The notes under the pieces were generated by a model. The model saw nothing but the letters and a program-made list of their open reading frames with translations, was not told where the DNA came from and did not search any database. From Octopus vulgaris (taxonomy: Eukaryota), in the NCBI GenBank assembly GCA_951406725.2, contig OX597816.1, positions 99,572,001 through 99,636,000 on the forward strand: a stretch of 64,000 nt of DNA, given 5' to 3'. Both the position numbers and the translations under genes were made by a program. Positions 13,382 through 27,445 of the stretch are shown one piece after another. The stretch's first letter is position 1; each line of letters begins with the position of its first letter.

Positions 13382-15396
13382 GGTGAACTGCAGTCAGAAC
13401 TTGATTAATACTTTTAGTGACTCTAGAAGGATGAATGACAAAATTGATTTTTACAGAATTTTAACACAGAACATAGAGAATTGGAACAACTACTACAAGA
13501 CATTATATCTAATGCTCTTCTAATAACTACCAATTTTCCACATTTACCCTCTGTACTTTCTTTACTGTAATATATTTAGACTGGTATTTTATCATTTTTG
13601 TTAACTTACACTGCCTTCTAATACTGAAAATTGATTATATATATGGAATTGGGCAACGGAAAACATGTTCAGTTGAAATTGTGAAGGTGATTTATGTTAC
13701 AGGATCTTGGACTCTGAGTTTAGATTTATACAGGTGCTTGATGATGTTACAGAATAGAATACTTAATTCAGCCTGGTTACTATAGCTGCATTTTCACTTA
13801 GCAGATCTGGAAATTTTACATATAAGAATTTGATACTTCTATGCTCCTATCTAAGGTGGTATTCATCTCATATCTGCTTAATGTTGTAAGGATTCAAACC
13901 CCAACTGCAAAATTATCAGTTCAAGGTCATGAGTAAACCGCAACATGCTCATGCGCCCAACCTTAAAATCAACCAATCAGCTTGAAGCTATGCCAGGAAT
14001 AGCATCTCAAATGTCCTTCTTCCCTAGTTATGCAGTTTGGCATCTAAATCATGGCAGAGAGCTGTTGGCATTCAAGCAAGACAGATCTCAGCTCTCTCAC
14101 CATCAAGCCATAATAATTTGCAGTGAGCTTGTATCTTTTGTTTTTCACTTTTCCAGATGATTAAGGGCTAAGTAAAGAGTTAAATCAATTCCTACATACT
14201 GTTCTGATAACAAGTGAGACTATGATAATTTATATATGATACATGCATAATTTTCTATCAATAAAATCTGTTGTTAAACATTTGTGAGTTTGCTTTTGCT
14301 CTACTAGAATGCAGTCAACCTGATCTTACTTTCAATTAATGAAAATAATCATCAATCTTTCTCATGACAACTCGACCCTGCAAAAATGGTGACTCAGTGT
14401 AGAAAAGCCTACAATAACCATATATGCAATAATGGTCTCCAGCAAACACAACAATAATGCAGAGCTTGCAACAATATCATCATGAAAATTAGTAAAGCAA
14501 TTTTCATAATTGCCAGAAATAAGTAATATATCTTCTAGGAAAAGATTATTGCAGCTTGTCTATTGCTTGCCTATTACAATAGCTTACACTAACCAATGGA
14601 TACAGCAAACTGAAAATAATTTTAAAATGACTCTTTTTATTCCACATTATGAAAATACCTGAGGGAAAATATAAGTCTTACAATTTATAACTTCAATTTC
14701 AACCAAAAATTAAAAATTATTTTTGCAACTTAAAATTAGAAATTGCTTTTATTTGCTAAGGCTGCAGGTAGTTAATATTAACAAAGTTATTAAAGTAAAA
14801 TTTTTGTCACTAAACAAATTGTTTTACTTTATTTTTTTTACTGTTCTTTTGTTAACACTTCTTTTTACTTTTTTTTTCAAGAAGTAAACCATTCATTTAA
14901 AGAATACTCTAAACTAAAATATTTTTTAAAATTAACATTTTATGTTTGTTATTATAAAATGTGTGAACATTTTGAAACGAAATTTTTGTCATCTGACAAA
15001 TGTGTTTTTTTTATTATATTACTTAATTTTTACTTTCACATCTGATGTTTGTTACTTGAAACTTTTCTTATGTTATCTGTAATGAAATCCTTAACTTTTA
15101 TAAAGGATTTCAATAAAAAAAAGAACCTAATGCTGTCACTAGAAAACTTTTGGTTTGAGATTCGTAATGCCTATAAACCAACTGACAAAAATGGTATGTT
15201 AAAAATATATAGAGAGAAGCCACAGTAGGCTCAGTTGATAAGATAACAGCATACCACTGAAAGGTTATCAATTTTATATTTCATCACAATTGTTGTACTT
15301 TTTCCATTACCAAAACACTTAAATTTTACTGGCATAGACTGTATACTTATAAGCAATTACAATAGAGAGCTATACTTCACTAATGAAATAGGCAGG

Positions 15397-15916
15397 ATCA
15401 TCATCATCATCATCATCATCGTCGTCATCATCGTTTAACGTCTGCTTTCCATGCTAGCATGGGTTGGACGATTTGACTGAGGTCTGGCGAACCAGATGGC
15501 TGCACCAGACTCCAATCTGATCTGGTAGAGTTTCTACAGCTTGATGCCCTTCCTAACACCAACCACTCTGAGAGTGTAGTGGGTGCTTTTACTTGCCACT
15601 GGCACAAGGGCCAGTCAGATGGTACTGGTAATGGCCATGCTCAAATGGTGCTTTTTATGTGCCACTTGCACAGGAGCCAGTCCAGCGGCACTGTCAACGA
15701 CCTCACTCGAATGTTTTTTCACGTGCCAGTAAAGCGATGCAGGTAACGATCATGCTCGAATGGTGTTTTTTTACATGCCATCGGCATGGAGGCCAGCTTG
15801 TTGCTCTGGTAACGATCACACTTGTGTGATACTCTTAGCGCTCCACTAGCACGGATGCCAGTCATCGAATTTGATTTCGATTTTGATTTCACTTGCCTCA
15901 ACAGGTCTTCACAAGC
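15397..15916 (-). mobile_element. RTE LINE 3' UTR with (GAT)n tail, heavily 5'-truncated
   Basis: catcatcatcgtttaacgtc.gctttccatgctagcatgggttggacg start and internal 'gtgctttt.a.gtgccac' subrepeats match the 3' end of the RTE copy at 30467-32004. Confidence 0.85.
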
Positions 15917-17123
15917 TGGCTTGTAATGCTAAGTTCAACTCCTGCCATGAAGAGTAAAGTCAGGGCAGTCCATTGATGAATATATAAAACAACTTTAGAA
16001 GATTATATTGAAGGATTCATTGATAAAAGAATGTTTATGCTACATTACCAAAACTGATAGTCATACTACTAATTCAAATGAAATTTAAATTAAAAATACA
16101 CTATTTCTATATTTATACTTTGAAATATTTGCATCATAACTTTACTATAAGTGACCTTAAAACTGTGTTTGCAATGCAGCTTCTGTACACCATTGAATGA
16201 GTTCATGCCTCTTACCTTTCTCTCTGGTTGAAAAGGATGACATTTATTGTTTGCAGTATCATATCTTCTCCACATTCCTTAGAGTGTAGCACAAACATAG
16301 CCTGAACTGGAAACTTAATCTTCACTGAGCCAATGAAGGTTTTTCTGTAAGATCATTCAACTAAATAGAAGTATCAGACAAACTCACTCTGATTACACAC
16401 TTTTATCTTCAAAAGTGGGGGATATATTGTATAATGTAGCCTTAGATATGCAATGCTCAAGAGATGAGAGAGAATAGCTATATTCAAAAGGTTTTTAATT
16501 ATAAGCTGATTCAGTCAGAGTTGATATGGGCTAAAGAACAACATAACCTTGTATTCAATAATATACAGCAGTGCATCATTTATTATACAAACATACATAT
16601 ATATATATATATATATATTGTTTTTTTTACCATTGGGGCTGTGGTTGGCTGAATCATTAGAATGCTTTGTGGTATGTGGTTATGTTCTAAGATCAACACA
16701 CTGTCAATTAAATAAAGTACTAGTCAAGATCTGGAATCAATATAATTAATTATGCCTCACTCTCTCAAATTTCATACATTGTGACTATGTTAGAAAACAT
16801 TTTTTTTCCAATTCATGAGGTATTCACAGAGAGTATCTTAAAGTATTTTAGACACATCTCTATATTGATTTCGTTTAAATTCTAGCATATCTTTGTCTAT
16901 CACCTCTCTGGAATGAATAAAATAAGTACTAGCTTTCATTAAGCTAGTAATTAGTTTCATTGACTATGCCTTCCCCTATAAATCTGTAACCTTGCACCAA
17001 TGTGAGAAAATAGAATTATTATTTAAGAAGTTGCACAGTATCAAATATTATGATGTTGTTGATTGAAGATATTGTGTCTACTGGGTGTTTGTTCTGTCTG
17101 TCAAGTCACAATAAGGACCTCAT

Positions 17124-17341
17124 AGGGTGGCGAGCTGGCAGAATCATTAGAATGCTTAGCAACATTTTGTCTGTCCTTACGCTCTGAGCTCAAATTCCAC
17201 CGAGGTCAACTTTGCCTTTCATCCTTTCAGGGTCAATAAATTAAGTACCAGTGAAAAACTGGAGTTGATGTCATTAACTAGTTCCCTCCCACATAATTTC
17301 AGGCCTTGTGCCTATGGATTATTATTATTATTATTATTAAT
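17124..17341 (+). mobile_element. tRNA-derived SINE, family B, with (ATT)n tail
   Basis: GGCGAGCTGGCAGAATC head, GCTCAAATTCC B-box-like motif, conserved GTCAACTTTGCCTTTCATCCTTTCAGGGTCAATAAATTAAGTACC core; tandem copy immediately downstream. Confidence 0.85.
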
Positions 17342-17580
17342 AAGGTGGTGAGCTGGCAGGTTTGTTAGCGTAATGGTCAAAATGGCTAGTGGTGTTTCAT
17401 CTGTCTTTATTTTCTGAGTTCAAATGTCACCAAGGTCAAATTTGCCTTCCATCCTTTTAGGATTTATAAAATAGGACCAGTCAAGCACTGAGAGTTGATG
17501 TAATTGACTTCCCTACCTCAAATTCGCTGGTCTCATACCAAAATAAGAAAAGATTGCTATTGTTATTATTATTATTATTG
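17342..17580 (+). mobile_element. SINE family B, second tandem copy
   Basis: Same head (aaggtggtgagctggcag), gttcaaat and ttgccttccatcctttt core; ends in (ATT)n. Confidence 0.83.
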
Positions 17581-17659
17581 TCATTACTATGTCTAACATT
17601 CTCAACTTGTTTGCTGACGATGTCATTACTGTACTAGTTGTTTACTTCCCATTAATGGA

Positions 17660-18085
17660 GGAGGTACTTTTATTACAAGTTTTGAACACATTACAGAGAC
17701 TCCTTGCAATACCAAGTAACACTGTTTTCTGGATATATTCTATTTTCATTTTTATTGCTAACATTTCCAACCAACTTTTTATTTTTTAATCACTGTACCT
17801 AGGACACCAACAATTATTGGAAAAGTATACACTCTTTTCATTAACCCTAGTTTTTCTATTTCTCACTTCAGAACTTCATTTTGTGTCAGTTTTTTCTTCT
17901 TCTTAGTCAATGATTCTGCTAACATGGGGGCAAGCAATAATTATTAACAGGCATGACTTTGCTTCCTTGTCTACAAGTTCAATATCAGATCTCTGGTGTT
18001 CAATTCTATAATCATACTGGATCATGAAGTCCCAAAGGTTCTTAACTCTGTCACTTTCACGACACTCTTTGGCTCATCATCATAC
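17660..18085 (-). mobile_element. Dong/R4-like non-LTR retrotransposon, restriction-like endonuclease C-terminus, decayed
   Basis: Minus strand LWDFMIQYDYRIEHQRSDIELVDKEAKSCLLIIIACP ... EYIQKTVLLGIARSLCNVF matches 'LWDF.IQTD..I..RRPDI...D.....C.IID.ACP ... IQK..LLGTA..LR.VL'. Confidence 0.8.
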
Positions 18086-18089
18086 AAGA

Positions 18090-18770
18090 TGACACATTTC
18101 TGTAGGTCAACAATGTGTGTCTCAATTCCAATATTCTACAATCTTTTAAGTAGCAGTTTGGGTTCTGTACCAAGTGTGCCAATTACCAAAGGAATAATTG
18201 TCACCTTTGTCTTCCCCAGTCTTTTTTTCTCTCAGGTTAGATCCTCATATTTCTCAATTTCTTTGGTATTCTCTCTATAATATTATGGCACTGCAAAGTC
18301 TATGATCTTTTACTGTTTTTCCTTTTGTGTGCTTTGTTTTTCTGTTGTCCTCTTCAATCATGCATGGTCTTCTTGTTTCAATACTATAGTCAGCCATTAG
18401 GAAGAAATCCCATAGAATCCAATAATTATTATTCCCATTCACAGCCTCTGTCTTGTGTTCACACCACTTTTCTGTCACTGTGAATTCACAACTGACAAAC
18501 ATCCCAATGTACTCTTTTATTACTGAAGTCATGCCTGTGCTTATTCTCTTTATGTGCTAGCTTATTGAATTCACTTAAGAGATAGTTAATACTTTCATCT
18601 CCTTTCCTACAGGTTCTGTGTTTGCTCACTGACTGAGTTTTATCAAGCTTTCCTATTACCAAATTTATTCTAATGGCTTGTTCCTGAGTAGCTATGATTA
18701 GCAATTCAGTTTCTCACTTCAGGTTTCCACCTGTCGGCCACAATCAGCATTCTTTACTTCCAACATCCTT
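18090..18770 (-). mobile_element. Second Dong/R4-like remnant (CCHC region plus endonuclease)
   Basis: IIATQEQAIRIN...RTCRKGDESINYLLSEFNKLAHKENKHRHD...VHWDVC and WILWDFFLMADYSIETRRP in ORFs 18486-18704 and 18275-18532. Confidence 0.8.
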
Positions 18771-20259
18771 TGTTTATTACTAGCAGTATTAGAATTACTG
18801 TTATAATTATCAGTTCTCATAGAGGAAACATTTTATTTTTCTTTAAAGCAAAACTTTATTCAAGCAAATTTCTTTTTGGAGTCTTGCCAAAAAAGGATTT
18901 TTATTACCCAGGAAGGTCTGTCCATGGTGACTGGAGGAGTGGTAAACAAAAGAAATGTTTTTACATACTTTATTTGCTTCTATATATTTTCCACATTTTC
19001 ACATTGAGAATAGCTACCAGGCACAAACACAGTGCAAGACAAAATAGTAAACAATGTGATAAAGTCGGCTCAGAAACAAATTATGCCACCAAATTAAAGA
19101 AATGAAAATAATGAACATTTTTGATGAACAATTAATAGAAAAATTCAAAGTCTAACACAATTTTGAAGATAATAATAATATCACTGACATTTGTACAGTC
19201 AAGTATTTTAAATTGTTTCTATAGTATGTGTTAAAGGTAATTTTGCCCTATTTGTAGCACAAACATGATTTTTAGATGTAACACAACTCCTAGTTATTGA
19301 AGTAGTTTCATAAACTCAGGCTGTATTTCTTTGCTAGAGGATCTAATCTAAGAGAAAATAAAGAAAACAAAATATATATACGTTTTAGAAAAGATAGTCC
19401 TGGTATCAAATTACCATAGAGGCAACAATTGCAGGAAGCACTCCATGAAAATTCAGGGAAACTTTTCTCCTTGAAAAGAGGAAAAGTTATGGTGCCATCT
19501 GCTACACTTTTAGAACAAAGATACAGCTAAAACATTGGCTAAAATGGTTGACAGTAAGAATCATAATTTTGTATTGTGGTATGGGTAGATAGTTAAAGCA
19601 GGATTGACAAGTGGCCACATGTGATCAAGGTATGTCATAATGGATTTATTATAGAAGTCCTAATGACCCACGAAGACCACAAAGCCATACTAGGACTCTG
19701 CTTAAATGTAGATGCTGAGACAAAGGGCATAAGTTTGATGATAGAGCGTAAAAGCTCAGTTGCTATATGTACTGTAGTAAAAATCTCAAAGCATCTTGCT
19801 TTGAAAAACTGAAAAGGTGAGGGAAGAAAACAAGAAACGAAAGTAATACAGACTAGCTAAGTCTACAACATGAGCAACAAACTCTAGTTTCCTGACCACC
19901 ATCAGTTACAAGACTGGAAATGAAGAAGAAATCATCTCATGCCTAGTCATAGAATCAAGGGAGCAAATCCCCTCTCTTAACAAGAGCAACAAATAGAACT
20001 AATCCATCATCATGTTTATTAGTGAGATAATGATTGCAAAGGAAAATAATCAAATTACAAAAGAGGAAAAAAGAAGAAAAAGCTACAAAGAAAATGTCAA
20101 GTCAAGTAAAACAGATTAGAAGGATCAATCTTCTCAAAATGATGAAGATGATGAAGTAGAGGACAAAGAACTAAGATTTACCATCTTTTAAAAATAAAAT
20201 CGACAACTAATAGATAAAATTCCTGGGCAATTCAAAATTCAAAAGTATTTGACAGATAG

Positions 20260-20970
20260 AAGTACCATACACATAGCAACTAGTAAGAAAAAATCTTCAG
20301 AATGTAGTTGTTAATTTTTCTGAGCAAATCAGCACCAAGTTTATGAGTAATATATTAAATAAATCTCCAATAGCTAAGCATTTTCCATTCCAAAGTTTCT
20401 CAGTTTGCAGAATGCTGTTCAATAGTGAGTACTGCTTAGACACCAAACTTCTCATTATAAAACACAAACAAACCTGTCTGTAACTCTGCTAATGACTGCT
20501 TGTAATGGCTACAATATTTCCAGGTATTCGTCAAATTTATCAAGTTTTCACAGAACCAGGCACTTACACCATCAATGAAGTGGACAAGTGTATCACCCTC
20601 ATATAACTCATGCAGAAGAAGAATCACTGGAAGATCACACTATTTTAGCTGATGCAGTAATTTGTAGATGTAAGCATAGGAGGAAAGACTATCTTTTGAA
20701 GCATCCATATTTCACAAACCTTAGCAAAAGATACCTTCTAAGTATACCCAAGAATGGTCATCTGTTGGTCAAATTCTATATAGTTTCAATAACTGTATGC
20801 AATTGTGTTTTGTTGAGAAAAAATATTATACAGACTGATATCACCTTCTAAATTGCTGGTTTTCAATTTGTATTTGACAATTGGCACCTTGACAATAGTG
20901 ACTGTAACAGCACCATACAGTTGCTTATTCTTGCACAGTTTCTGACCAAAATTCTCAATGATACATACAC
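20260..20970 (-). pseudogene. TUT4/7: Processed pseudogene fragment of terminal uridylyltransferase 4/7 (ZCCHC11/ZCCHC6-like), nucleotidyltransferase and PAP-associated region
   Basis: Manual minus-strand translation: KVPIVKYKLKTSNLEGDISLYN..QQNT..DQQMTILGYT*KV.FAKVCEI.DASKDSLSSYAYI..PVILLLHELYEG..IDGVSAWF..QSLAELQTGLFVFYNEKF..EKLWNGKCLAIGDLFN..HKLGADLLRKINNYILK..YGT, collinear with TUT4/7 as I recall it; no introns; several stops and frameshifts. Confidence 0.85.
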
Positions 20971-20984
20971 TGTAAAGATCATCA

Positions 20985-22200
20985 GTGATTTTGGGAGTTA
21001 CAAAATGTAAAGCATATGGTGAGGTTACTGCTCTGAATGCCAAATCCATTGCAGGAAAATTCAAATGAACATAGATGACTTTCTGGATACATGAGACATT
21101 CCAAACCTTTAACTAACTTCTACTTGTCCTTGGTATTCAAGTCTATAGGATCAATATCTTTTGGCTTTCACAGGAGCTTTAAATATTTTTCCATCATAAT
21201 GACCACAGCAATAACAGAGGCAGTGTATCCTCAGGACAGCTGTTATTCAACTGCTTTTATTTTCAGAAGAAAATTCAACACCAAGATTTAATGCTTGCAA
21301 AAATCATATGAAGCTTCTTCAGGCAGGAATTGCTAATGCAATTAAATTAAAGGCTTTACTCAGGTATCACTATGAAAATTCAAGTACTTCTAAAGTTTGC
21401 TCAAAGATTAATCAACCTCTGATTTAGTGTTCAAATAAGAAGGCATGGATGACTAAAGGCCTTTTTGAATAGTGGTTTACAAACAACTTAGACCTGTTGT
21501 AGAAATGTACAATGATAAGCATATTTCCAACAAAGCATTGCCTCTTTTTAAAAATGCATCAAGCAATTCATTGCATTGAAATGAGCTTTCTGGTATGAGA
21601 GATGTGATAGCTCACTGTAGTATAAATTATTTAGGAAGATCTTTCAAGCAACGTATGAAAGCAATTAGCAGAGAGGATAAACCTACAATAGTGCAACATA
21701 ATGGATTTTGTGGATAAGATAGCTGAATCATGGGATGAAGTGAAACCTTCAACTTTGAAATGTGCATGGAAAAACAGATGGCCAGAGTATTCAAGTGACT
21801 TTATAAATTTTCTACAAGAAGAAAGTCAACATTAAATTCAGAAACATATCGCAACACTTGCAAATGTTGTAGGGTTTCCAGAAGTTGTCAAAGATGACAG
21901 TGTTGAGTTGATGGTATACCATGGAGAAAATTTATCTCATAAGGAGCTGGTGTTGTTTGATCAAAGTAAGCTGGGAATACAGATTAGAATACAGAAATTC
22001 GACCAACTCCACATAAATTGACAACAAAGAATATTGCTGAAGGGTTAGCATTTATAGAAGAAAGTCTGCAAGATTTTAATGATAATGACACTAACTATGA
22101 ACACATCATAAAAATTACATGAAGATTTTACGAGTTACATTCCTACACTGAATTGTACAAAAAGATGATGTGCTATATACATTAAACAATTTTGAATAAG
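20985..22200 (+). mobile_element. Tigger/pogo (CENP-B-like DDE) transposon remnant
   Basis: ELQNVK.YGEVTA..AKSIAGKF, KLK.LLRYHYENS, SNKKAWMTKGLFE*WF, AESWDEVKPSTLKCAWKNRWPE; many stops. A Tigger-like subterminal motif may extend to about 22620. Confidence 0.8.
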
Positions 22201-22624
22201 GTCTTCCCCCTTTCAAATAAATGTTAATGATGATGAAGTATAATATAGAGATAATGTCCCTCATCCTCCCAGTAACTCTCATTCCACACAACCCTCAGAA
22301 AGTAGTCAACATCTTTTGTGATAACATTGTAACTTGTTACAATTTTATGGTTTTATTTATTCCCTGACGTATTTCTCTTCAAATGTGTTTTTATGTATAC
22401 ATATTGTAGTATGCATGTTTAGAAATTGTTATTTTCATGCATAAAAGTGGTTGTCTTGTTTGTTTTTTGTCATTCATATTGTTTCTTCATTTATTTATTT
22501 TTTTTTAAATCTGTCAGAATACATCTCAATTTATAACATGAAAATCATTAGGAAAATTGATATTGTAGTATTTCTCATTACGTTGAAGTTTTCAAGAACA
22601 CATTACGCCCATAACACATATACA

Positions 22625-23678
<1,054 letters not shown>

Positions 23679-24479
23679 GAAGGTATGTATAAATGAGTGT
23701 GTGTATCTATGTATATTTAATATGATTTCTTGAGAGTCCTTACTCCTAATTACATAGTTAAACATAGGTTATAAGAACAGATACACTCTTTGTTTGTAAG
23801 CCACTCCCACCTTCACACCCACACCTCATTTTATTTTTTGTTTTTTTGTTTTTTTTCACTATCTTACTTCTTTGCATCTATTTCTATATCGTTTTCCTTC
23901 CTTTCTTTTTACAAGCTAGCTGTAAGCAGCCTCTACATCCATCATCATCATTTGAAGGAATTGCTGCTTCCTTGCACACTGTTGTTTCCATGACAACCAT
24001 ATCAAGTTAAAAGCTACTAGAAGGAAGACAGTGTATATTATTATCTTTCACCATCTTTAGCACCAATTGTTTTTCTTTCCCCCACCTGTTCACTTCTGTT
24101 TAATTCACCACCCACATCTCAGCAAAGCAAAATCTCAACAAGGTTTCAATATATTTGTTACAACTAAATTATATTTTGTTACATCTAATATATGTCTTCT
24201 GTTCTGTTACTGATTTCATTCATTTAACTTTGGCCATGCAGTAACACTGTCTTTAACAATTTTAGTTATATCAACCTTAGTGCATAGTCTGGTCCTTATT
24301 TTATCAATCTCTATTTATAGAATGGTTAAGTCCACCTGAATCATCTACATGTAGGGAGTTACTTACCCTTCAAGAACACAAATAAACAATATATTTATAT
24401 CAGTTTTCCCACACACATACACACATGCATGTACACACACACACTCACACACACCACCACCACCACCACACACATATGC

Positions 24480-24625
24480 ACACATGATTTCTGTCTACTA
24501 AATTTGCCTACAAACATTTGGTCAATCCAAGTCTATGGAAGAGGGCATTTACCCAAAGTAAAGCACAGTGGGATCAAGCAAGAACCATATGGTTGTGAAG
24601 TGAACTTCTTGATAAAGCACATCCA
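24480..24625 (-). mobile_element. SINE family A head, diverged
   Basis: Reverse complement matches ..ccactgtgc..ttgggtaaatgccctcttcc..gaccaaatgtttgt...; similar minus-strand remnants at about 34680-34800 and 43790-43885. Confidence 0.6.
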
Positions 24626-24714
24626 TGCTTGTGCCCCTATATCAATATACATCTTTATGTACATCATTATATACCAATATATGTTTTATATATATCATTA
24701 TATATCAATATATG

Positions 24715-24754
<40 letters not shown>

Positions 24755-24756
<2 letters not shown>

Positions 24757-25022
24757 CTGTGAGTCAAGGACCATCTGTGATTCACTCTGAATCTCAACAA
24801 TGGTGTTAAAACAGTAATCTTTGAGCTGCATTTTCATCTTGAGGAAGAGATGAAAGTCTAGAGGTGCTAAATCTGGTGAACAGGGCGGGTGTGGAAGCAA
24901 TAACATGTTGTTTTAGGCAAGAAGCTTATGAGTGAGGAGAGTTCGGTGACAGGGTGCATTGTCATTGTGAGAATCCAATTCTTCACATTCCACAGATCTT
25001 GTTGCTTTCACCGAATGTCCTC
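24755..25022 (-). mobile_element. Mariner transposase C-terminal fragment
   Basis: LLPHPPCSPDLAPLDFHLFLKMKMQLKDYCFNTIVEIQSESQMVLD, with HNDNAPCH upstream. Confidence 0.88.
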
Positions 25023-26059
25023 CCTGGTAGATAAAGCAATTAAGCCTGTACAACTCTTCAATGGACATTGTAAAAGTGTAAATTTAAGCATTCCTGGAGT
25101 TGCAGATATAAGTAAGTAAATCAATAAAGAAAGAAGAAGAGAGGAAAAGAATATGAATATCAATATGCCAATTTTAGATTAAGTAGGTAGGTAGCTAAAC
25201 TTGTTGCATTTGTCCCAGGAGGGAGAGAGGGAGAGGAAATTGTAAGTATGAGGATACCACCAGTGAGGGAGGGGGTTTCTGTTGACAGAAGAGAGGAACA
25301 AGCACGCCCATTGAATGATCACCTACGTATCCATGCACAAACACAAGTCAAGCAAGCACACAGACACACACACACACACACACATGGAACAAGAATGCAC
25401 ATATAGCCCATTAGCTTTCCCTTTGATACGACCTTGGAAGTTACCGAGTAGTTTGTTGACAAATTTCAAGTCAAGACAAAAGAGAGCCGATTAAGTAGGT
25501 GGGCAGCTAAACTAGTTGCATTTGTCCCATGAGAGAGAGAGAGACGGAGAGGAGATTGCAGGTATGATAGAGAATACCACCAATGAGGGAGAGGGTTTCT
25601 GGTGAGAGAAGAGATATCTGGTAATGGTGGTGGGAGAAGAGGGAGATATCCGGCGTTGGTGGAGAGAGAAGAGAAAGGGTGGAGAGAGAGAGAGATCTGA
25701 GTAGTGGTGGTGGTGGTGGTGGTGGTGGTGGGAATGGGCGGGTGCACTGTGAACAAGCAAGGGTTAATTTAGATAGACAACAAAAAATATGTTGCTAAGA
25801 AGAAGAGATTCCATTTAGGAAATTACATGAAGAATTAAGGAAGAATGAAGGCTGAGAGAGAGAGAGAGAGATTTAGGCAGTTATATATTGAAGGGTCAAT
25901 TTAAATAATTAGCTTATGAAAGTAGATATTAATAAAAAAATAAATAAACAATACGTAAATAAATAAGTAAACATAAATAATAATATATATTAAAAGTGTT
26001 AATGGCGAATAGATGAAAGAAAAGATCGAAAGACTATCTAAGCTTTAGAAATGTATAAC

Positions 26060-26982
26060 TGGACGTTTGAGCACAATTAAAGTGTCACCCTCACTGTATG
26101 TGGCTGAACATAATCCTGATGGAAGAACACCTTTTGTCTTGAAATCAAAGATGATCGTTTACCTTCTAGCACTAACTTAAGCTATTCAGGCTGCTCACAA
26201 TAGATCTTCTTTGTTATCATTTGGTTTGAGTTTAAAAGTTCAAAGTGGACTAAACTTCAGATAATAACACTTTTCATGGGTGAAGACCTTCTTTAGCCTG
26301 GGGTGCTGGTGTTTTTTCTTTTCCTATCCACAGTCTTCAGTTATTGACATTTTTATAGAGAACCATTTCTCATCACCAGTCCAAAAAAGTTTCGTTTGTG
26401 AGACATGACAGCAAAGAAGACCACACATTCCCGTTCTGCATGCAATTAGACATGGAAAATTTGTGAGGAACCCATTGATCCAATTTGTTGACTTTCCTAA
26501 TGGTTGAATGACCGAATCAAAGCTTTTCTACTAGTTCCTCAACAGTTACAAGGGTATTTTTTTCCACCAGAGTTTACAGGACATCCTCATTGAGTTCTAC
26601 AGATCTTCCCAGATGAGCTGATCTTTTAGGCTGTAGTTTCTGGCTTGGAATTTCTGGAACCACTGTTGACACTAACTCACACTTATTGTCCCATCCCCAT
26701 ATACTGCATAAATATTCCTTGCACTTTCCATTGTGTTGTTGTCTTTATTGAATTCATGAAGCAAAATATGTTGAATATGCTCGTTTGCCACTTCAATTGT
26801 AGCTTTGAAAAAATAACTGTTAAAATCGAACTGCACTCTTCAAAACTTGCACTAAGAATAAGTAAAGGTAAAATTACTACCTACTTGTATAGTAAGTAGA
26901 TGAAGGCAGTTTATCCCATTTCCCTTTGACTTTTAGTTCATGCAATTGAAAAAAAACACATTATTTATGGGATGATCCAATA
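26060..26982 (-). mobile_element. Mariner transposon, 5' TIR plus most of a decayed transposase (different subfamily from 3173-4477)
   Basis: Minus strand begins TATTGGATCATCCCATAAATAATG; EHIQHILLHEFNK..ESARNIYAVYG..CQQWFQKF, QWVPHK, TGDEKW, GLHP*KVLL, FHQD..PH. Confidence 0.85.
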
Positions 26983-27049
26983 TGTATGTATGTATGTGTA
27001 TATATATATGTATATATATGTGTGTGTATGTATTTTATATATATGTATG

Positions 27050-27086
<37 letters not shown>

Positions 27087-27231
27087 TTAATTACTTAGTA
27101 TTACTTAAATTTTCCTCGAATGGGGCTTTTACATGCCGAAATCTACTTGGTGTAATTGATAATTATTCCAAATTAATTAATTTCACCATTTATTATTACT
27201 GATAACTATATATATATATATATATATATAT

Positions 27232-27445
27232 AGTTAATCCAAATATGAAAACACAAAGAGAAAACAGGGCAACATGAGGACGTGGAACAAGTATAGTATT
27301 ATTGGACGCTCAGGAAAGGAAAGAAAGAAGGAGGATTTAATGTTTCGAGTGGAGCTCTTCGTCAGAAACATAGAAAAAGGATAGATCCAAGGAAGGGAAG
27401 ATGGAGGAAAAAAAAAATCACCAACAATACACATGCGGTCACATA
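27232..27445 (-). mobile_element. Penelope-type terminal repeat fragment with a minimal hammerhead-like motif, abutting (TA)n
   Basis: Homologous in opposite orientation to 47205-47412; contains GTTT-CTGACGA-AGAGCTCCACTC-GAAACATT-AAAT on the minus strand at 27335-27369. Confidence 0.65.

Noticed and set aside
13880-14620. Slightly GC-richer unique-looking sequence with possible splice signals and short hydrophobic open frames
   Set aside because: No recognisable protein similarity in the frames I translated; a small exon cannot be excluded without RNA-seq.
15583-15790. Spaced repeats gtgctttt.a.gtgccac resembling a CRISPR array (also 30635-30790)
   Set aside because: They are degenerate subrepeats of the RTE 3' UTR in a eukaryotic context, with no cas genes and irregular spacing.
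20786-21064. ORF as an intact exon of a functional TUTase gene
   Set aside because: Its N-terminal third is antisense Tigger sequence, and the downstream homology has stops and frameshifts with no splice sites.
27105-27155. Possible further hammerhead (ctcgaatggggc...gccgaaa)
   Set aside because: Core and stems I and III are too degenerate to support.
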